64,000 nucleotides of DNA. Origin: Acidobacteriota bacterium. Its GTDB lineage: Bacteria; Acidobacteriota; UBA6911; RPQK01; JAJDTT01. Position 1 is the first letter of the stretch. Each line of letters starts with the position of its first letter. This document shows positions 19,848 through 29,412 of this stretch, one piece after another. The position numbers and the translations under genes were made by a program. The DNA lies in assembly GCA_965217775.1 (NCBI GenBank), contig CBDCJH010000002.1, forward strand, positions 5,120,001 through 5,184,000, given 5' to 3'. The notes beneath the pieces were generated by a model. It was given only the letters and a program-made list of their open reading frames with translations, did not search any database and was not told where the DNA came from.

Positions 19848-20546
19848 ATGACCGGAGAAGTCAACATGCAGATTGTGAGGGCTTTCGATGAATGTCTTTT
19901 CGGCGTGGCAGTGGCCAAAGCCGACTTCGATTTCCAGGCTTTCAAAGTAGCCGACCCCAAGCCCACGGGTCGACAGCTACTCGAAGTGGCAGGTTTCAGG
20001 CCGGCGGAAGAGCATCTGCTTTTCCAGTTGCTCCAAGACGGGGCGCTTGAGGAGCGGCGCCTTGAAGAGACCGTTGAGCTACGTAAGAAAGGAGCGGAGC
20101 GCTTCATAGCATTCCGAAGTGATCGGTCTTTCCGCGTCGAGATTGACCAACGGCGTTTCGAATGGGGCGCAACCCAGCTGACCGGGCTGACCGCGAAGCG
20201 GATGGTCGGCGCAGACCCTTCGTGCACTGGAGTCTGGCTGGAGCGGCGAGACGGTCCCGATCTCTTCATCAAGGACTCCGACATTGTGAAGCTCACGGCA
20301 GCAGGGGTCGAGAAGCTCCGCACTGGTCCGTCATTCGCGCTCTCGATCGAGGGTAAGGAGTTCCAGTGGTCTGAGCCGACCATCTCCACGGAGCAGATCG
20401 CCCAGCTCGGAGGCTGGGATCCGTCGCAGGGCGTTCAGCAGATCGACCTGGACACAAACGAAGCCCGTACTCTCAAGCTGGATGAAATCGTCGATCTGAG
20501 GAAAATCAAGACCTTTGCGAAAAAGATCGGGTGGCAACGTGGCTGA
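19848..20546 (+). CDS. multi-ubiquitin-domain protein (3 beta-grasp units, C-terminal Gly)
   Basis: Three similar units (PTGRQLL..AG / LTG...KRMVG / ISTEQIAQLGG, each followed by a V.L motif); ends KIGWQRG-stop. Confidence 0.85.
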   Translation: MTGEVNMQIVRAFDECLFGVAVAKADFDFQAFKVADPKPTGRQLLEVAGFRPAEEHLLFQLLQDGALEERRLEETVELRKKGAERFIAFRSDRSFRVEIDQRRFEWGATQLTGLTAKRMVGADPSCTGVWLERRDGPDLFIKDSDIVKLTAAGVEKLRTGPSFALSIEGKEFQWSEPTISTEQIAQLGGWDPSQGVQQIDLDTNEARTLKLDEIVDLRKIKTFAKKIGWQRG

Positions 20547-20949
20547 GCGCGAACACCGCCTTGAGGAAGAATACAATCTCATCGCCACGATCTTTCGGAG
20601 TGTCGTTCGCTCGGGGGATTGGTTTCTTATTCCGGATGACGTTCGAGCGACACGACTCGGCTGGACTCCAGATCCGTTTCCGGTTGCGTTTCACGCGCAG
20701 GCACGACACCCAGGTCAGGTGCCGTACGGAATCTATGTGTCATCGTCCGCCCGGATCGGCGGCCAAATTCCGAACAATTTCAGCGCCAACGTGAACCATC
20801 GGCCGCCGTTCGAGGGGCCGTGGGGTGTTCTTTCTTGGCAAGGCGATGGCCATGGCATTCCCTGGATCCCGGCACAACGGATCCGCAAGGGGGCCAACCT
20901 GCTGAACTTTGTCATCACGTTCGAAGAAAGGTTCAAAGAAGGTGTCTGA
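20539..20949 (+). CDS. prokaryotic E2/UBC-fold protein
   Basis: Lies between the Ubl and JAB-E1 genes; W.LI, GW.P, HP...PYGIYV, W..LSW, L..F....EERF; GTG start overlaps the Ubl stop. Confidence 0.7.
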   Translation: MAEREHRLEEEYNLIATIFRSVVRSGDWFLIPDDVRATRLGWTPDPFPVAFHAQARHPGQVPYGIYVSSSARIGGQIPNNFSANVNHRPPFEGPWGVLSWQGDGHGIPWIPAQRIRKGANLLNFVITFEERFKEGV

Positions 20950-22327
20950 GGCCTCCAGAGAATGGAGACTCCGTTTTGGGACCGAGGCGCAGTACCAAGC
21001 ACTTCGGGCCGCGCTCCTACCTGAAGGATATGCGAAAGATCGCGAGCACGGCGCCTTTCTCTTCGCCTCTCCAGCCGACGATGCGGGACTGGACATCGTT
21101 GATGTCGTCGTGCTCAAGCCAGCCGATTTTGTTGTGCAGTCGAGCTGCTACTTGGAGCTGCACGAAAATGTGCTCCAGAAGATGATCGTCCATGCGCACA
21201 GGACAAATACTACACTAGTCGAGGTCCACTCACATCCCCATGCGGACGGGCCACTAGTGCGTTTCTCTCCCTTTGATTGTAAGGGCTTAGCCGAAATCGG
21301 ACCGCAGGTGTCGTGGCGACTTCCTGGGCGACCTTATGTCGCCGTGGTCTTCGGTCGGGATGGGTTCGATTCCCTCTACTGGGAGGGTCGAGAGCGGCGG
21401 CCGCAAGGCGCCGTGGACCTCGTCGTCGCGGGACAGTTGTTACTCGCGAGCCGTGAATCCGAGCGCTCTTGGAGGAGAAAAATCGTGGATAGATTTGATA
21501 GGCAACGGATGATCTTCGGAGACAATGGGCAGAGGCGCCTGCGCGCCACGTCAGTCGGTATCGTCGGTGGGGGAGGGCTAGGTTCATTCATGGTACTGGA
21601 ACTTGCCTATTTGGGGATTGGGAAGATCGTGATCATCGACGATGATCTGCTGGAGATCCCGAACCGGAACCGATTGGTGGGCGCTTGGGCGTCGCACGCG
21701 GTAGGAAAACCCAAAGTCCAGCTACTTCGCGACCTAGTTATGCTCATCGACCCTGATATCGAGATCGAGGTGGTGCAGGCCCGGGTCGAAAAACCCGAAG
21801 CAGAGGCTGCCCTTGCAAATGTGGATATTGTTGTGGGGTGCGTCGACAACGATGGCCCCCGTTTCGTGCTGAATGAATTATGCTGCCAACAAGGTCTGCC
21901 GTTAATCGATGCTGCAAGCGATACTATTCCCGAGAAGGACAGTGTTCTTTTCGGAGGAAGGGTTTGCGTTGCAACGCCGGAGACAGGCTGCCTCATGTGT
22001 TTCAATGTATTGGACCAAAATGAAATTCAAGACTACTTCGCTTCTCCGGAGCAACGGGCTGACCAGCTCGCGGTCTACGGCGTACCCGAGAGATCCTTAG
22101 GTGATGGAGGTCCATCGGTGATCACGGTCAACGGAGTGGTAGCGTCGATCGCAGCGACCGAGATGATGGTCCTGGTGACCGAGATCCGAACTCCGATAGC
22201 ACACCAAGAATGGCGTGGTGATGAGGGACGCCTGATTCCTGTCGTCGACCGTGAGGAAGACTGCTATTACTGCGGCTTGCGCCCCATCAACAGTCAGAAG
22301 GACTTGGCCGGCGGCGTGGCACAGTAA
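20942..22327 (+). CDS. JAB/JAMM peptidase - ThiF/E1 adenylyltransferase fusion
   Basis: EHGAFL, HSHP...FSPFD (JAMM); GIVGGGGLGS, DDD....N.NR, GCVD, CLMC/CYYC (E1). Confidence 0.88.
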   Translation: MSEASREWRLRFGTEAQYQALRAALLPEGYAKDREHGAFLFASPADDAGLDIVDVVVLKPADFVVQSSCYLELHENVLQKMIVHAHRTNTTLVEVHSHPHADGPLVRFSPFDCKGLAEIGPQVSWRLPGRPYVAVVFGRDGFDSLYWEGRERRPQGAVDLVVAGQLLLASRESERSWRRKIVDRFDRQRMIFGDNGQRRLRATSVGIVGGGGLGSFMVLELAYLGIGKIVIIDDDLLEIPNRNRLVGAWASHAVGKPKVQLLRDLVMLIDPDIEIEVVQARVEKPEAEAALANVDIVVGCVDNDGPRFVLNELCCQQGLPLIDAASDTIPEKDSVLFGGRVCVATPETGCLMCFNVLDQNEIQDYFASPEQRADQLAVYGVPERSLGDGGPSVITVNGVVASIAATEMMVLVTEIRTPIAHQEWRGDEGRLIPVVDREEDCYYCGLRPINSQKDLAGGVAQ

Positions 22328-22349
22328 GCCGAGACAGTCGCGTTTCCGC

Positions 22350-22790
22350 TCGAACCATTTCAAAAGGCGTTCCTCAACCGTCCCATTGTTCTGCGCGTCG
22401 ACGACCTCCTGCCGCTATCGGGCCGGCCCAATTGAGATCGTCGCCCGACATGCGCATCTCGTCCATAGAAGCACCTCTCCCGGATGTAGCGGATCGCCCG
22501 CTCCACTTTCCACTTCGTCTGGGCGCAATTGGGTTGGAAGGCTTGCAGCTCAATCCCCCAGTGACGGCTGAACCACAGAAACTCCCGGTGTCGGTTGACC
22601 GACCGCCATCCGAGAGCTTGTCCCCGATGATGATTGCTTTCATCTTGTCGAACAGAAGTTCCCTCGGCACACCCCCGAAGTAGCCATACGGTGCCTCCAA
22701 GCCTCGCATCACCAACGGCATAGTCTGACGAAATTAGTACCGTACCGCAGCTGAAAGAGCCGGAACTACGCGAAGTTCAGTTTCCCTGGG
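22350..22790 (-). pseudogene. IS21-family transposase (IstA) remnant
   Basis: YFGGVPRELLFDKMK; broken CKP...GK.ERPIRYIR motif; frameshifted. Confidence 0.7.
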
Positions 22791-22862
22791 TACCGCGGAG
22801 GAGTTTCGAATCATTGCACGGGTTTCGTGGGAGTCTGCCTCAGCGAGTGGCGCACCCCCCCC

Positions 22863-22890
22863 GGAGCGGGGACAGGAATGTCCCCGCTCC
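22863..22890. repeat. REP-like perfect palindrome
   Basis: GGAGCGGGGACA-GGAA-TGTCCCCGCTCC. Confidence 0.7.
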
Positions 22891-22932
22891 CATCCGGCGA
22901 CAAGAAAGTCGCCGCTCCGTTATGATTGCGCC

Positions 22933-23793
22933 ATGGCTTGGTTCAAGCGGGAAAAGAGGCCATTGCGGGCTCTGCCGGAAGAAGATCGCCGAGTTCGAGC
23001 CGAGGGGGTATTCACCAAGTGTCCCGGTTGCGGCAGCATCATCTGGAACAAGGAGTTGGCAGAGAACCTCCTGGTCTGCCCCCGCTGCAGCCACCATTTC
23101 AAGATCGGCGCCCGGAAGCGTCTGGAAGTGCTTCTGGACGATTCGGAATATGAAGAATTCGCTGCCGAGATTCGTTCTTCCGACCCGCTCGATTTCGAGG
23201 ACAAGAAGAACTACCGCGATCGAATCGAGGCGTCCCGCCGATCGACCGGACTCAACGAGGCCGTGATCTGTGCGGAAGGCGTCCTGCGCGGTCATCGAGT
23301 CGTGTGCGCCGCCATGGAATACAGCTTCATCGGCGGATCCATGGGGTCCGTCGTCGGTGAGAAGATCACCTTGGCGGTGGAGCGTTCCCTGGAGCGAAAG
23401 ATCCCCCTGATCATCGTTTCCGCCAGCGGCGGCGCCCGCATGATGGAAGGGGTGCTCTCGCTGATGCAGATGGCCAAGATCAGCTCCGCCCTCTCCCGCC
23501 TGGACCGTGAAGGGACTCCCTATGTCTCGCTTCTGACGGATCCCACCACCGGCGGTGTCACCGCCAGTTTCGCCATGCTGGGAGACCTGAATCTGGCCGA
23601 GCCCAAGGCTCTGATCGGATTCGCCGGCCCCCGGGTCATCGAGCAGACCATCCGCCAGCGGCTGCCCGAGGGGTTCCAGAGAAGCGAATTCCTCCTGGAG
23701 CATGGAATGTTGGATGCCGTGGTCCAAAGGAAGGACCTGAGAGCGTTCATCGGAGACTGGCTCGTCTTCATGGACCATGCTCCGAGCCAGTGA
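22933..23793 (+). CDS. accD: acetyl-CoA carboxylase carboxyltransferase beta subunit
   Basis: KCPGC..CPRC zinc finger, GGSMGSVVGE, SGGARMMEG, GFAGPRVIEQT. Confidence 0.98.
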   Translation: MAWFKREKRPLRALPEEDRRVRAEGVFTKCPGCGSIIWNKELAENLLVCPRCSHHFKIGARKRLEVLLDDSEYEEFAAEIRSSDPLDFEDKKNYRDRIEASRRSTGLNEAVICAEGVLRGHRVVCAAMEYSFIGGSMGSVVGEKITLAVERSLERKIPLIIVSASGGARMMEGVLSLMQMAKISSALSRLDREGTPYVSLLTDPTTGGVTASFAMLGDLNLAEPKALIGFAGPRVIEQTIRQRLPEGFQRSEFLLEHGMLDAVVQRKDLRAFIGDWLVFMDHAPSQ

Positions 23794-23837
23794 CGACCGG
23801 CCGCGGGACGCACTTCCCGTTCACTGACGTCGACAAC

Positions 23838-25139
23838 ATGGATCACGCCGAGTGCCTCGCCTACCTCCGGAGGCTGGGGGACGAAGTGCTCACCATGCGC
23901 CTCGGCCTGGAGCCCTTTCGAGCCCTTCTGGGGCAGTTGGATCACCCTCATCTCAGATTTCCCTCGGTCGTGATCGCCGGGACCAACGGCAAGGGGTCGG
24001 TCACCCGGTTCCTGGGATCCATCATGTCCTCCTGTGGTTTCCGGACCGCCGTCTACACGTCGCCTCATGTCATCCGGCTGGAGGAGCGGTTCGTGGTGGA
24101 CGGGAAACCGATATCCCGGCGGGAGTTCGCCGTCTGCTTCAGCCAGGTGGCAGAGGCCATCCGGCAGGCGGAGCTGCGATTCCATCCCACCTATTTCGAG
24201 ACTGTGACCGCGACGGCATTCGAATACTTCGCCCGCCGCCAGGTCGATCTGGCGATCCTGGAAGTGGGGATGGGCGGCCGGCTGGACAGCACCAACGTCG
24301 TGGACCCCCGACTCTCCATCATCACCCGGATCGGACTGGATCATCAGGCGCAGCTCGGGGAGACGGTGGAGAAGATTGCCGTCGAGAAGGCGGGGGTGCT
24401 CAGGCCCGGATCGCCGGTCCTCCTTGCTCCCCAGAGGGAGGAAGTGAGGCGGGTGTTGGGAGAGCGGGCGGCCCATGTGGGAGCCTCGGTTCATGATCTG
24501 GATCTGCCCGCATTGCGTGCAATGGAGGAACGGCAGGGCAGGTATTCCTTCTCGTTCCGAGGGACGAATTTCCGTCTGGGAGTGCACGGCAGGCATCAGA
24601 TCGAGAATGCGGGGGTGGCGATCCAGGCATCGGAGATCCTGGAGCGGATGGGGTTCTCACGGCACGGAACGGGGGTCCGGAAGGGAATCGAGAAGGCGAG
24701 TTCCCTGGGAGTGCTGCAGAAGATCGAGGGTCGTCCGGAGGTTTACCTGGACGGAGGTCACAATCGAGACGCCGTGGCCAAACTGGCGGCATTTCTTCAA
24801 AGACACACGACGACGCCCCGATCACTGGTCTTCGGGATCATGCGGGACAAGGAGATCGAGGTCGTGCTTCGGCTTCTGGAGCCGCTCTTCACACGGATCT
24901 ATCTGACTTCCTTCACGTCGGCCCGGGTGGCGGCTCCGGAGAGGTTGAAGGAGGTCTGTCCCCGGGGTGTCGTGGAGCCGGATCCCGTACGCGCGTTGAG
25001 CCGGGCTCTGGAGGCGGGAGCGACGACGGTGGTGGCCGGATCCTTCTACCTGGTGGGCGAGATCCTGGCGGCAATCGAAGAGGGGCGAGTCAGTTGGAAT
25101 CGTCGAGCTCCAACTCGAAGAGGAGATCTCCCGTCGTGA
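23838..25139 (+). CDS. folC: folylpolyglutamate synthase/dihydrofolate synthase
   Basis: AGTNGKGS, YTSPH, EVGMGGRLDSTN, DGGHN, GSFYLVG. Confidence 0.97.
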   Translation: MDHAECLAYLRRLGDEVLTMRLGLEPFRALLGQLDHPHLRFPSVVIAGTNGKGSVTRFLGSIMSSCGFRTAVYTSPHVIRLEERFVVDGKPISRREFAVCFSQVAEAIRQAELRFHPTYFETVTATAFEYFARRQVDLAILEVGMGGRLDSTNVVDPRLSIITRIGLDHQAQLGETVEKIAVEKAGVLRPGSPVLLAPQREEVRRVLGERAAHVGASVHDLDLPALRAMEERQGRYSFSFRGTNFRLGVHGRHQIENAGVAIQASEILERMGFSRHGTGVRKGIEKASSLGVLQKIEGRPEVYLDGGHNRDAVAKLAAFLQRHTTTPRSLVFGIMRDKEIEVVLRLLEPLFTRIYLTSFTSARVAAPERLKEVCPRGVVEPDPVRALSRALEAGATTVVAGSFYLVGEILAAIEEGRVSWNRRAPTRRGDLPS

Positions 25140-25629
25140 CGCTCGTGTCCTCGCGGACGTGGCAAGCCTGAATCGTCCCGGCTCCCGGGGCGGCGATCTG
25201 ATTTTGCATCTTCATGGCTTCGATCACCACCAGCCCGTCGCCGGCCTCGACCCGGTCACCCGGACGCCGCAGGATTCGGATCACTTTACCCGGCATCTTG
25301 GCCCTCAGGGTCGAATCCCCGGATCGGCCGCCGCCGGAGCCTCCGCGCCGGAGCCGGTCCCTCGGGTCCAGGGCCTGCACCGGGACGGTCCGCCCCAGCC
25401 AGGACACGAGAATCTCTCCGCCCCGCCGCCACGAGGAAATTTCCTGGATCCGGCCGTCCAATTCCAGAAGCCAACCTGACGCGGTTCGCCCCAGCAGCCG
25501 CGCCGTCAGTGCTCGGGAGAATTCACCGGGTCCTTGTAGCCGGATCCTGAATTCGGGAACCGAACCGCTCCGGACACGATCGATCTCGGCCCGGAATGAT
25601 TCTTCCTGGTATTGGAGATCCAGCTTCAC
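25090..25629 (-). CDS. biotin carboxyl carrier protein
   Basis: MPGKV...EAMKM biotinylation motif. Confidence 0.9.
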   Translation of the reverse strand: MKLDLQYQEESFRAEIDRVRSGSVPEFRIRLQGPGEFSRALTARLLGRTASGWLLELDGRIQEISSWRRGGEILVSWLGRTVPVQALDPRDRLRRGGSGGGRSGDSTLRAKMPGKVIRILRRPGDRVEAGDGLVVIEAMKMQNQIAAPGAGTIQACHVREDTSVTTGDLLFELELDDSN

Positions 25630-27146
25630 GTCCGAGACCAACCCCCTCGCAGGCCGGAAAAGGGTCCCCGAGACTTCCAGGCGCTGCCGGCGGTGGTTTC
25701 CGGCGCCCTCTTCTCCCCCTCTTCCAGTATTCGGTGAATCGCGGCGGCCACCAGAGGAACGGCTGGCTCCGCGCTTTCTTTCTGATGGCCGGGGTGGGCC
25801 ATCATTTCCTCCACCAGACCCGTATCCAGGTCTCCCCGAACGAAGCGGGGGTTCTCCAGCAGGGATCTGAAGAAGGGAATGGTGGTGGTCACGCCGGCGA
25901 TCCGGTATTCGTCCAGAGCGCGCCTCATTCGGCGCAGAGCTTCCTGGCGGTCTTGTCCGTAGCTGGTCAGCTTGCTGATGAGCGGGTCATAGTGGACGGG
26001 AACCTCAACCCCCGCGTAGACGCCGGAGTCCACTCGGACCCCGGGACCGCCCGGTTCCAGCAGGTCCCGGATGCGCCCGGGCGCCGGCAGAAAATCGTTG
26101 CCGGGATCCTCCGCGTAGATGCGGCATTCGAGGGCGTGTCCCTGCATCCGAATCTCCTCCTGTTTCCGTCCCAGCGGTTCCCCGGCGGCGATTCGAATCT
26201 GCTCCCGGACCAGATCGATCCCGGTGACCAGCTCGGTCACGGGATGCTCGACCTGAAGGCGCGTGTTCATCTCCAGAAAATAGAAGCGCCACCCGTGCCC
26301 GCCGTCCGGTTCCACCAGGAACTCCACGGTCCCCGCGTTGTAGTATCCCGAGGCGCGGGCGACCGCCACGGCGGCCCTCCCCAGCTCGGCCCTCAAATCG
26401 GGTGTGACCACCGGCGAGGGGGCCTCCTCGACCAGCTTCTGGTGGCGGCGCTGGGTCGAGCACTCTCTTTCTCCAAGCTGGATGAGGTCGCCGTTCCGAT
26501 CCCCCAGGACCTGCACTTCCACGTGGCGCGGCTGTTCGAGGTACTTCTCGAGGAACACCCGGGAGTCCTGGAAGGACGCATGGGCCTCACTGCCGGCAAT
26601 GCGGAGGGCGGGCTCCAGGTCCTCCTCGCGAGGGACCACACGGAGTCCCTTGCCACCGCCCCCCCCGCTGGCCTTGACCATGACGGGAAACCCGATCCGC
26701 CGGGCCGCCCGAACCGCTTCTTCCGGGGATCGAACCGGGTCCGGCGTTCCCGGAATCACCGGAACCTCGACCTCCTCCGCGATTCGGCGGCTCGCGATCT
26801 TGTCTCCCATGAGACGCAGGGACGAAACCGAGGGTCCTATGAAAACCAGGCCGGCGTCCTCGCAGGCGCGTGCGAAACCGGCGTTTTCCGAGAGGAAGCC
26901 GTAACCGGGATGGATGGCGTCGGCCCCGGCCGCCTTGGCCGCGGCCAGCACCCTTTCCACCGAAAGGTAGCTCTGGTCGGCCCGGGCCTCTCCGATGAAG
27001 TGCGCCTCGTCGGCCAATCGGACGTGGAGCGAGTCGAGATCCGCCTCCGAGTAGACGACGGCCGCCGGAAGCCCCAGGTCGCGGCAGGTCCGCAGGATTC
27101 GTACCGCAATCTCGCCCCGGTTGGCGATCAGGACCTTCTTGAACAT
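25626..27146 (-). CDS. accC: biotin carboxylase (acyl-CoA carboxylase alpha)
   Basis: ANRGEIA, HPGYGFLSEN, GGGGKG, EMNTRLQVEHPVTE. Confidence 0.95.
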   Translation of the reverse strand: MFKKVLIANRGEIAVRILRTCRDLGLPAAVVYSEADLDSLHVRLADEAHFIGEARADQSYLSVERVLAAAKAAGADAIHPGYGFLSENAGFARACEDAGLVFIGPSVSSLRLMGDKIASRRIAEEVEVPVIPGTPDPVRSPEEAVRAARRIGFPVMVKASGGGGGKGLRVVPREEDLEPALRIAGSEAHASFQDSRVFLEKYLEQPRHVEVQVLGDRNGDLIQLGERECSTQRRHQKLVEEAPSPVVTPDLRAELGRAAVAVARASGYYNAGTVEFLVEPDGGHGWRFYFLEMNTRLQVEHPVTELVTGIDLVREQIRIAAGEPLGRKQEEIRMQGHALECRIYAEDPGNDFLPAPGRIRDLLEPGGPGVRVDSGVYAGVEVPVHYDPLISKLTSYGQDRQEALRRMRRALDEYRIAGVTTTIPFFRSLLENPRFVRGDLDTGLVEEMMAHPGHQKESAEPAVPLVAAAIHRILEEGEKRAPETTAGSAWKSRGPFSGLRGGWSRT

Positions 27147-27153
27147 GACCAGG

Positions 27154-28704
27154 TCAGAGAGGGATGTTGCCGTGTTTTCTGGGCGGATTGGTGTCGCGCT
27201 TGTTGGCGCTCATCTCCAGGGCCCGGATCAGTTTGGGCCGGGTCTGGCTGGGCTCGATGATCTCGTCCACGTAGCCTCGCTCGGCGGCCACGTAAGGGTT
27301 TGCGAACTTGTTTCGAAATTCCCGGGTTTTCCGCGACTTGAAGTCTTGAGGCTGCGATTCGTCCCGGAGCTCCCGCCGATAGAGGATCTCGACGGCCCCC
27401 TCCGGACCCATGACGGCGATCTCGGCCGTGGGGTAGGCGAAGTTCAGATCGGCCCGGATCTGTTTGGATGCCATGACGCAGTAGGCGCCGCCGTAAGCTT
27501 TCCGCGTGATGACCGTGATCTTGGGTACGGTCGCCTCCGCGAACGCGTACAAGAGCTTGGCGCCGTGACGGATGATCCCCCCGTGTTCCTGGTCCACGCC
27601 CGGAAGAAACCCGGGCACGTCCTCGAAGACCACCAGCGGCAGGTTGAAGGCGTCGCAGAAACGGACGAACCGGGCTCCCTTGACCGACGAATCGATGTCC
27701 AGGGTTCCGGCCAGGATGGCAGGCTGATTGGCCACGATGCCGACGGGACGGCCGTCGAAGCGAGCGAAGCCCACGACCAGATTGGGGGCGAAGCCGGCCT
27801 GGACTTCGAAGAAGTAGCGGTCGTCCGCCACGGTCTGAATCAGATCCTTGATGTCGTAGGCCTGGTTCGGTTCGGCCGGGATCAGGTGATTCAATTCCTC
27901 CGAGGTCCGGTCGGCCGGGTCCGACGTCTCGAGCCGGGGAGGATCGTCGACGTTGTTGGAGGGCAGGAAGGAGATCAGCTCCCGAATCTGAGCCAGGCAT
28001 TCCTCCTCCGTGGGACTGGCGAAGTGGGCGACGCCGCTCACGTTGTTGTGCGCCGTCGCTCCCCCCAATTCGGATTTGGTCACCTCTTCATGAGTTACCG
28101 CCCGGATCACGTCGGGACCGGTGATGAACATGTAGCTGGTCTTGTTCACCATGAAGATGAAGTCGGTGATGGCGGGGGAATAGACGGCCCCGCCCGCACA
28201 GGGACCCAGAATGGCGGAAATCTGCGGGATGACGCCGCTGGCCAAGGTGTTGCGGAGGAAGATGTCGGCGTAGCCCGCCAAACTGACCACGCCCTCCTGG
28301 ATCCGGGCGCCGCCGCTGTCGTTGAGGCCGATGACCGGCGCCCCCATCTTCATGGCCAGACCCATGATCTTGCAGATCTTGGCCGCGTAGGTTTCGGAGA
28401 GGCTGCCGCCGAAGACGGTGAAATCCTGAGAAAAGACGTAGACTAGCCTGCCGTCGATCCGGCCGTGACCGGTGATCACCCCGTCTCCCGGGATCCGGCG
28501 CTGGTCCATGGAGAAATCGGTGCAACGATGGACGACGAACTTGTCCAACTCCTGGAACGAGCCCTCGTCCAGAAGCAAGGCGAGCCGTTCCCGGGCGGTC
28601 AGCTTTCCCGCGTCGTGCTGGCGTTGGATTCGAGCCGCGTCGTGACCCTTCTCGGCCTCCCGGTTTCGCCGTCTCAGCTCCTCAAACTGTTCCCGGGTGT
28701 CCAT
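27154..28704 (-). CDS. pccB: propionyl/methylmalonyl-CoA carboxyltransferase beta subunit
   Basis: [36 protein letters not shown]. Confidence 0.93.
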   Translation of the reverse strand: MDTREQFEELRRRNREAEKGHDAARIQRQHDAGKLTARERLALLLDEGSFQELDKFVVHRCTDFSMDQRRIPGDGVITGHGRIDGRLVYVFSQDFTVFGGSLSETYAAKICKIMGLAMKMGAPVIGLNDSGGARIQEGVVSLAGYADIFLRNTLASGVIPQISAILGPCAGGAVYSPAITDFIFMVNKTSYMFITGPDVIRAVTHEEVTKSELGGATAHNNVSGVAHFASPTEEECLAQIRELISFLPSNNVDDPPRLETSDPADRTSEELNHLIPAEPNQAYDIKDLIQTVADDRYFFEVQAGFAPNLVVGFARFDGRPVGIVANQPAILAGTLDIDSSVKGARFVRFCDAFNLPLVVFEDVPGFLPGVDQEHGGIIRHGAKLLYAFAEATVPKITVITRKAYGGAYCVMASKQIRADLNFAYPTAEIAVMGPEGAVEILYRRELRDESQPQDFKSRKTREFRNKFANPYVAAERGYVDEIIEPSQTRPKLIRALEMSANKRDTNPPRKHGNIPL

Positions 28705-28746
28705 GGCGGCAGGCGCTTCCGCGGGTATCTCTCCGGTTTCGGAGCC

Positions 28747-29397
28747 TCAGGCCGGAGTCTTGCGTTTATTCCAGTCGGCCAGGAACTTCTCCAGGCCGAT
28801 GTCGGTCAAGGGATGCTTCATGAGTTGCTCCAGCACCTTGGCCGGCAGGGTGGCGATCTCGGCGCCCATCTTGGCCGCCTCCACCACGTGGACCGGGTTT
28901 CGAACCGAGGCCACCAGGACCTCAGTGCCGAAGTCGTAGTTCTCGTACATGAGCAGGATTTCGGAGATGAGTCCCATTCCTTCCTGGGAGATGTCGTCGA
29001 GCCGGCCGATGAACGGGCTCACGATGGCCGCGCCGTTCTTGGCCGCCAACAGCGCCTGACCCGGACTGAAGATCAAGGTGACGTTGACGGAAATGCCTTC
29101 CTGGGCGACCACGTGGAGCGCCTTCAGCCCCTCGCGGATCATGGGAAGCTTCACATAGACATTCTTGTGGAGGCCGGCGAGGTAGCGAGCCTCGTGGATC
29201 ATGTCGACCGCGTCGGTGGAGACGACTTCCAGGTTGACGGGTCCGTCCACCAGTTCACAGATCTCCAGGGCCAACTCCTCGAGATCCCGGCCTTCCTTGG
29301 CGATCAGGCTGGGATTGGTGGTGACCCCGTCGACCAGGCCCAGTTCAACTCCCCTTCGGATCTCTTCTACGTTGGCGGTGTCGAGGAAAAACTTCAT
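28747..29397 (-). CDS. fsa: transaldolase / fructose-6-phosphate aldolase
   Basis: [34 protein letters not shown]. Confidence 0.93.
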   Translation of the reverse strand: MKFFLDTANVEEIRRGVELGLVDGVTTNPSLIAKEGRDLEELALEICELVDGPVNLEVVSTDAVDMIHEARYLAGLHKNVYVKLPMIREGLKALHVVAQEGISVNVTLIFSPGQALLAAKNGAAIVSPFIGRLDDISQEGMGLISEILLMYENYDFGTEVLVASVRNPVHVVEAAKMGAEIATLPAKVLEQLMKHPLTDIGLEKFLADWNKRKTPA

Positions 29398-29412
29398 GAG
29401 ACCTCCTTCCCC

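Noticed and set aside
18387-22327. CBASS or thiamine/molybdopterin sulfur-carrier operon
   Set aside because: No CD-NTase, effector or cofactor biosynthesis genes; multi-Ubl plus E2 points to conjugation.
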